Part shown: positions 43,048-46,451 of the stretch, piece after piece
Layout: each line of letters begins with the position of its first letter
Position numbering within the stretch: the first letter of the stretch is position 1
From: an uncultured Candidatus Saccharibacteria bacterium
GTDB lineage: Bacteria; Patescibacteriota; Minisyncoccia; Phycocordibacterales; PALSA-1337
Direction: 5' to 3'
Length of the DNA stretch: 46,451 bases
Assembly: GCA_964637485.1 (NCBI GenBank)
Contig: CAZWUU010000001.1
Span: 1 to 46,451, forward strand
Made by a program: the position numbers and the translations under genes
The notes under the pieces: generated by a model
Seen by the model: only the letters and a program-made list of their open reading frames with translations
Told to the model about the DNA's origin: nothing
Databases searched by the model: none

Positions 43048-43224
43048 TCAGAGTTTCAGAATGGGGAGTTCCGGCCAAACATTCTCATTCCATCTTGAAA
43101 TGGAATGATTAAGCTTGTGGAAACCCGCTTCATCCTCAAAGCCGTCCGGGCAGTGGCTGATCGTATAGATAGTCACGATCGTGGCCGTTGCGATTGCAAG
43201 ACAAACAAGAATGAGAATGCTCAT
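43048..43224 (-). CDS. Candidate 58-aa single-pass membrane peptide
   Basis: MSILILVCLAIATATIVTIY TM helix plus a short tail. Its own terminator lies downstream. It looks GC-richer than its neighbours by eye. No homology recognised. A TTG at 43272 is an alternative start. Confidence 0.35.
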   Translation of the reverse strand: MSILILVCLAIATATIVTIYTISHCPDGFEDEAGFHKLNHSISRWNENVWPELPILKL

Positions 43225-43375
43225 GGTAAATGAAACCGGATTCCGCCGGTGCGGTTCTTCGAAAGACGTCAAAGAGCGTATTTAGGTATATTATAATACA
43301 TAATACAAAATAAATCAAGTCAAGAGGTGAATAAGAATTCCTGCCCCATGCTGGCCTATTATTTTGCAGTAAAAA

Positions 43376-45552
<2,177 letters not shown>

Positions 45553-45555
45553 TAT

Positions 45556-45585
45556 TTGACACATGACATACAAATGTTTTATAGT
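45556..45585 (+). promoter_or_regulatory. Near-consensus sigma70 promoter for the GC-rich terminal ORF
   Basis: TTGACA-18 nt-TATAGT, about 130 nt upstream of ATG 45724. Confidence 0.55.
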
Positions 45586-45723
45586 CTGTGAGGAAACGCA
45601 GATGAATGCATATTTATAGCCACAGCAGAGAATGATGAGATTTTCGTAAAGATCGATTGTTTTCTGCTATGGCGATAAGGTAGCCCTCTAGCTCATACAT
45701 AAACTCATACGAAAGGACTGACC

Positions 45724-46451
45724 ATGGATCAAAATACCATGCTCGGCAAGATTATTCGGATGGTTGTGACTATGTCGAGTGATACTCTCGGTATGGTCGT
45801 CGACCTCCTCGAAAAGGTGAATGGAAACGATAAGGCTAGCTGGGTATCTGAATTGAAGATGTTTCTCCGCAAGGAACCCTGTTGGAGTAACGGACAGGTC
45901 GCACAAGTGGCGGAACCGAAACCCACACCCTCGATCCTAGAGCTCGTCTCGACGGTCGTGGTCCCCGCAACCACCGGCAAGTTTGTCGCGAAGACCGCGT
46001 TCGTGGTCAACACCAAGCGCAATGCGAAGGTGTTGATCTCGGCAGTCTGGGACAACTTCGCCAGGTGGTTCCTGTCGGGTGACGGCAAGACCGAAGATCC
46101 TGAGAGCGAACAGACGCTCCGCTACCACAAATTGCGGAAGTCTTCAGGTGATGGTCCCATCATCGAGGATCTCGGTGGCGAAGCGAAAGCTGAAACCACC
46201 TTGTCGGAGATGTTCTCCCTCATGGAGAAGCAGAAGAATGGTGAAGACGGTGTTCTCTTGAATAACGGCTACGCCAACATCTTCTACGTTCGGGACCAGA
46301 ATGGTGTGCTGCGCGCGGTCTACGTGGGCTGGTTCGACGACGGTTGGCGCGTCGATGCGGTCTCCGTCGAGGATCCGAGCAGGTGGTTCGATGGCAGCCA
46401 GGTGTTCTCTCGCAATTCTGTTCTCGGATCCTCGGAAACTTCGGCTCCGGC
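45724..46451 (+). CDS. Open-ended GC-rich ORF of unknown function (3' end beyond the window; absent from the ORF track)
   Basis: Manual translation from ATG 45724 runs 242 codons to the window edge without a stop (MDQNTMLGKIIRMVV...NGYANIFYVRDQNGVLRAVYVGWFDDGWRVDAVSVEDPSRWFDGSQVFSRN...). There is an in-frame TAA at 45700-45702 upstream. AAAGGA lies 6 nt before the ATG. Confidence 0.7.
   Translation, partial: MDQNTMLGKIIRMVVTMSSDTLGMVVDLLEKVNGNDKASWVSELKMFLRKEPCWSNGQVAQVAEPKPTPSILELVSTVVVPATTGKFVAKTAFVVNTKRNAKVLISAVWDNFARWFLSGDGKTEDPESEQTLRYHKLRKSSGDGPIIEDLGGEAKAETTLSEMFSLMEKQKNGEDGVLLNNGYANIFYVRDQNGVLRAVYVGWFDDGWRVDAVSVEDPSRWFDGSQVFSRNSVLGSSETSAP

Noticed and set aside
45688-46261. Four listed ORFs (60-119 aa, both strands) at the 3' end
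   Set aside because: They overlap a longer, uninterrupted plus-strand frame (45724 to the window edge) that has a promoter and a Shine-Dalgarno. In ~60% GC DNA, stop-free shadow frames are expected.

Overview
This 46.4 kb window comes from a low-GC, tightly packed bacterial genome that uses the standard genetic code. TGA ends conserved genes such as rpoD, so it is a stop codon here. By inference the genome is CPR/Patescibacteria-like. The evidence is shortened housekeeping proteins (IF-2 512 aa, PheS 243 aa, PheT 648 aa), rpsP-KH-trmD without rimM or rplS, almost no Shine-Dalgarno sequences, and CPR-style type IV pilins.

Most of the window is core information-processing genes: rpsP, a KH-domain protein, trmD, rpoB, rpoC, dnaG, rpoD, hisS, a truB-like gene, typA, rbfA, infB, a cysteine desulfurase, rpsB, tsf, pheS, pheT, gyrB, tRNA-Cys(GCA) and tRNA-Thr(UGU).

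Accessory or unusual content:
1. A type IV pilus-like locus at 23.6-28.0 kb. It has a PilB-like ATPase, a PilC-like platform protein and four prepilin-like genes. One is a 472-aa pseudopilin fused to an LVIVD-type beta-propeller, and one is a 55-aa mini-pilin.
2. A tight minus-strand operon at 29.0-33.2 kb. It encodes a cupin phosphomannose isomerase, a membrane-tethered GH130, a tandem double-GH130 fusion and a PMM-like HAD-IIB protein. This suggests a mannoside phosphorolysis or synthesis route.
3. A 55-bp direct repeat that duplicates the 3' end of tRNA-Cys plus its downstream flank, 174 bp away. This looks like an att-type scar.
4. Three compositionally foreign (GC-rich) pieces. These are a Walker-A K-to-R adenylate-kinase-like gene next to pilB, a small membrane ORF between pheT and gyrB, and an ORF absent from the ORF track that runs off the 3' edge at about 60% GC with its own consensus promoter and Shine-Dalgarno.
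5. At least nine genes that are first in a transcription unit have a -10 element 6-8 nt upstream of the ATG, which suggests widespread leaderless mRNAs.
6. Three TTGACAG repeats with exact 20-bp phasing lie at the infB promoter.
7. A small stand-alone promoter-ORF-terminator unit sits at 36.76-37.07 kb.

I saw no CRISPR array, rRNA, transposase or integrase. All calls come from reading motifs by eye. No database search was run.
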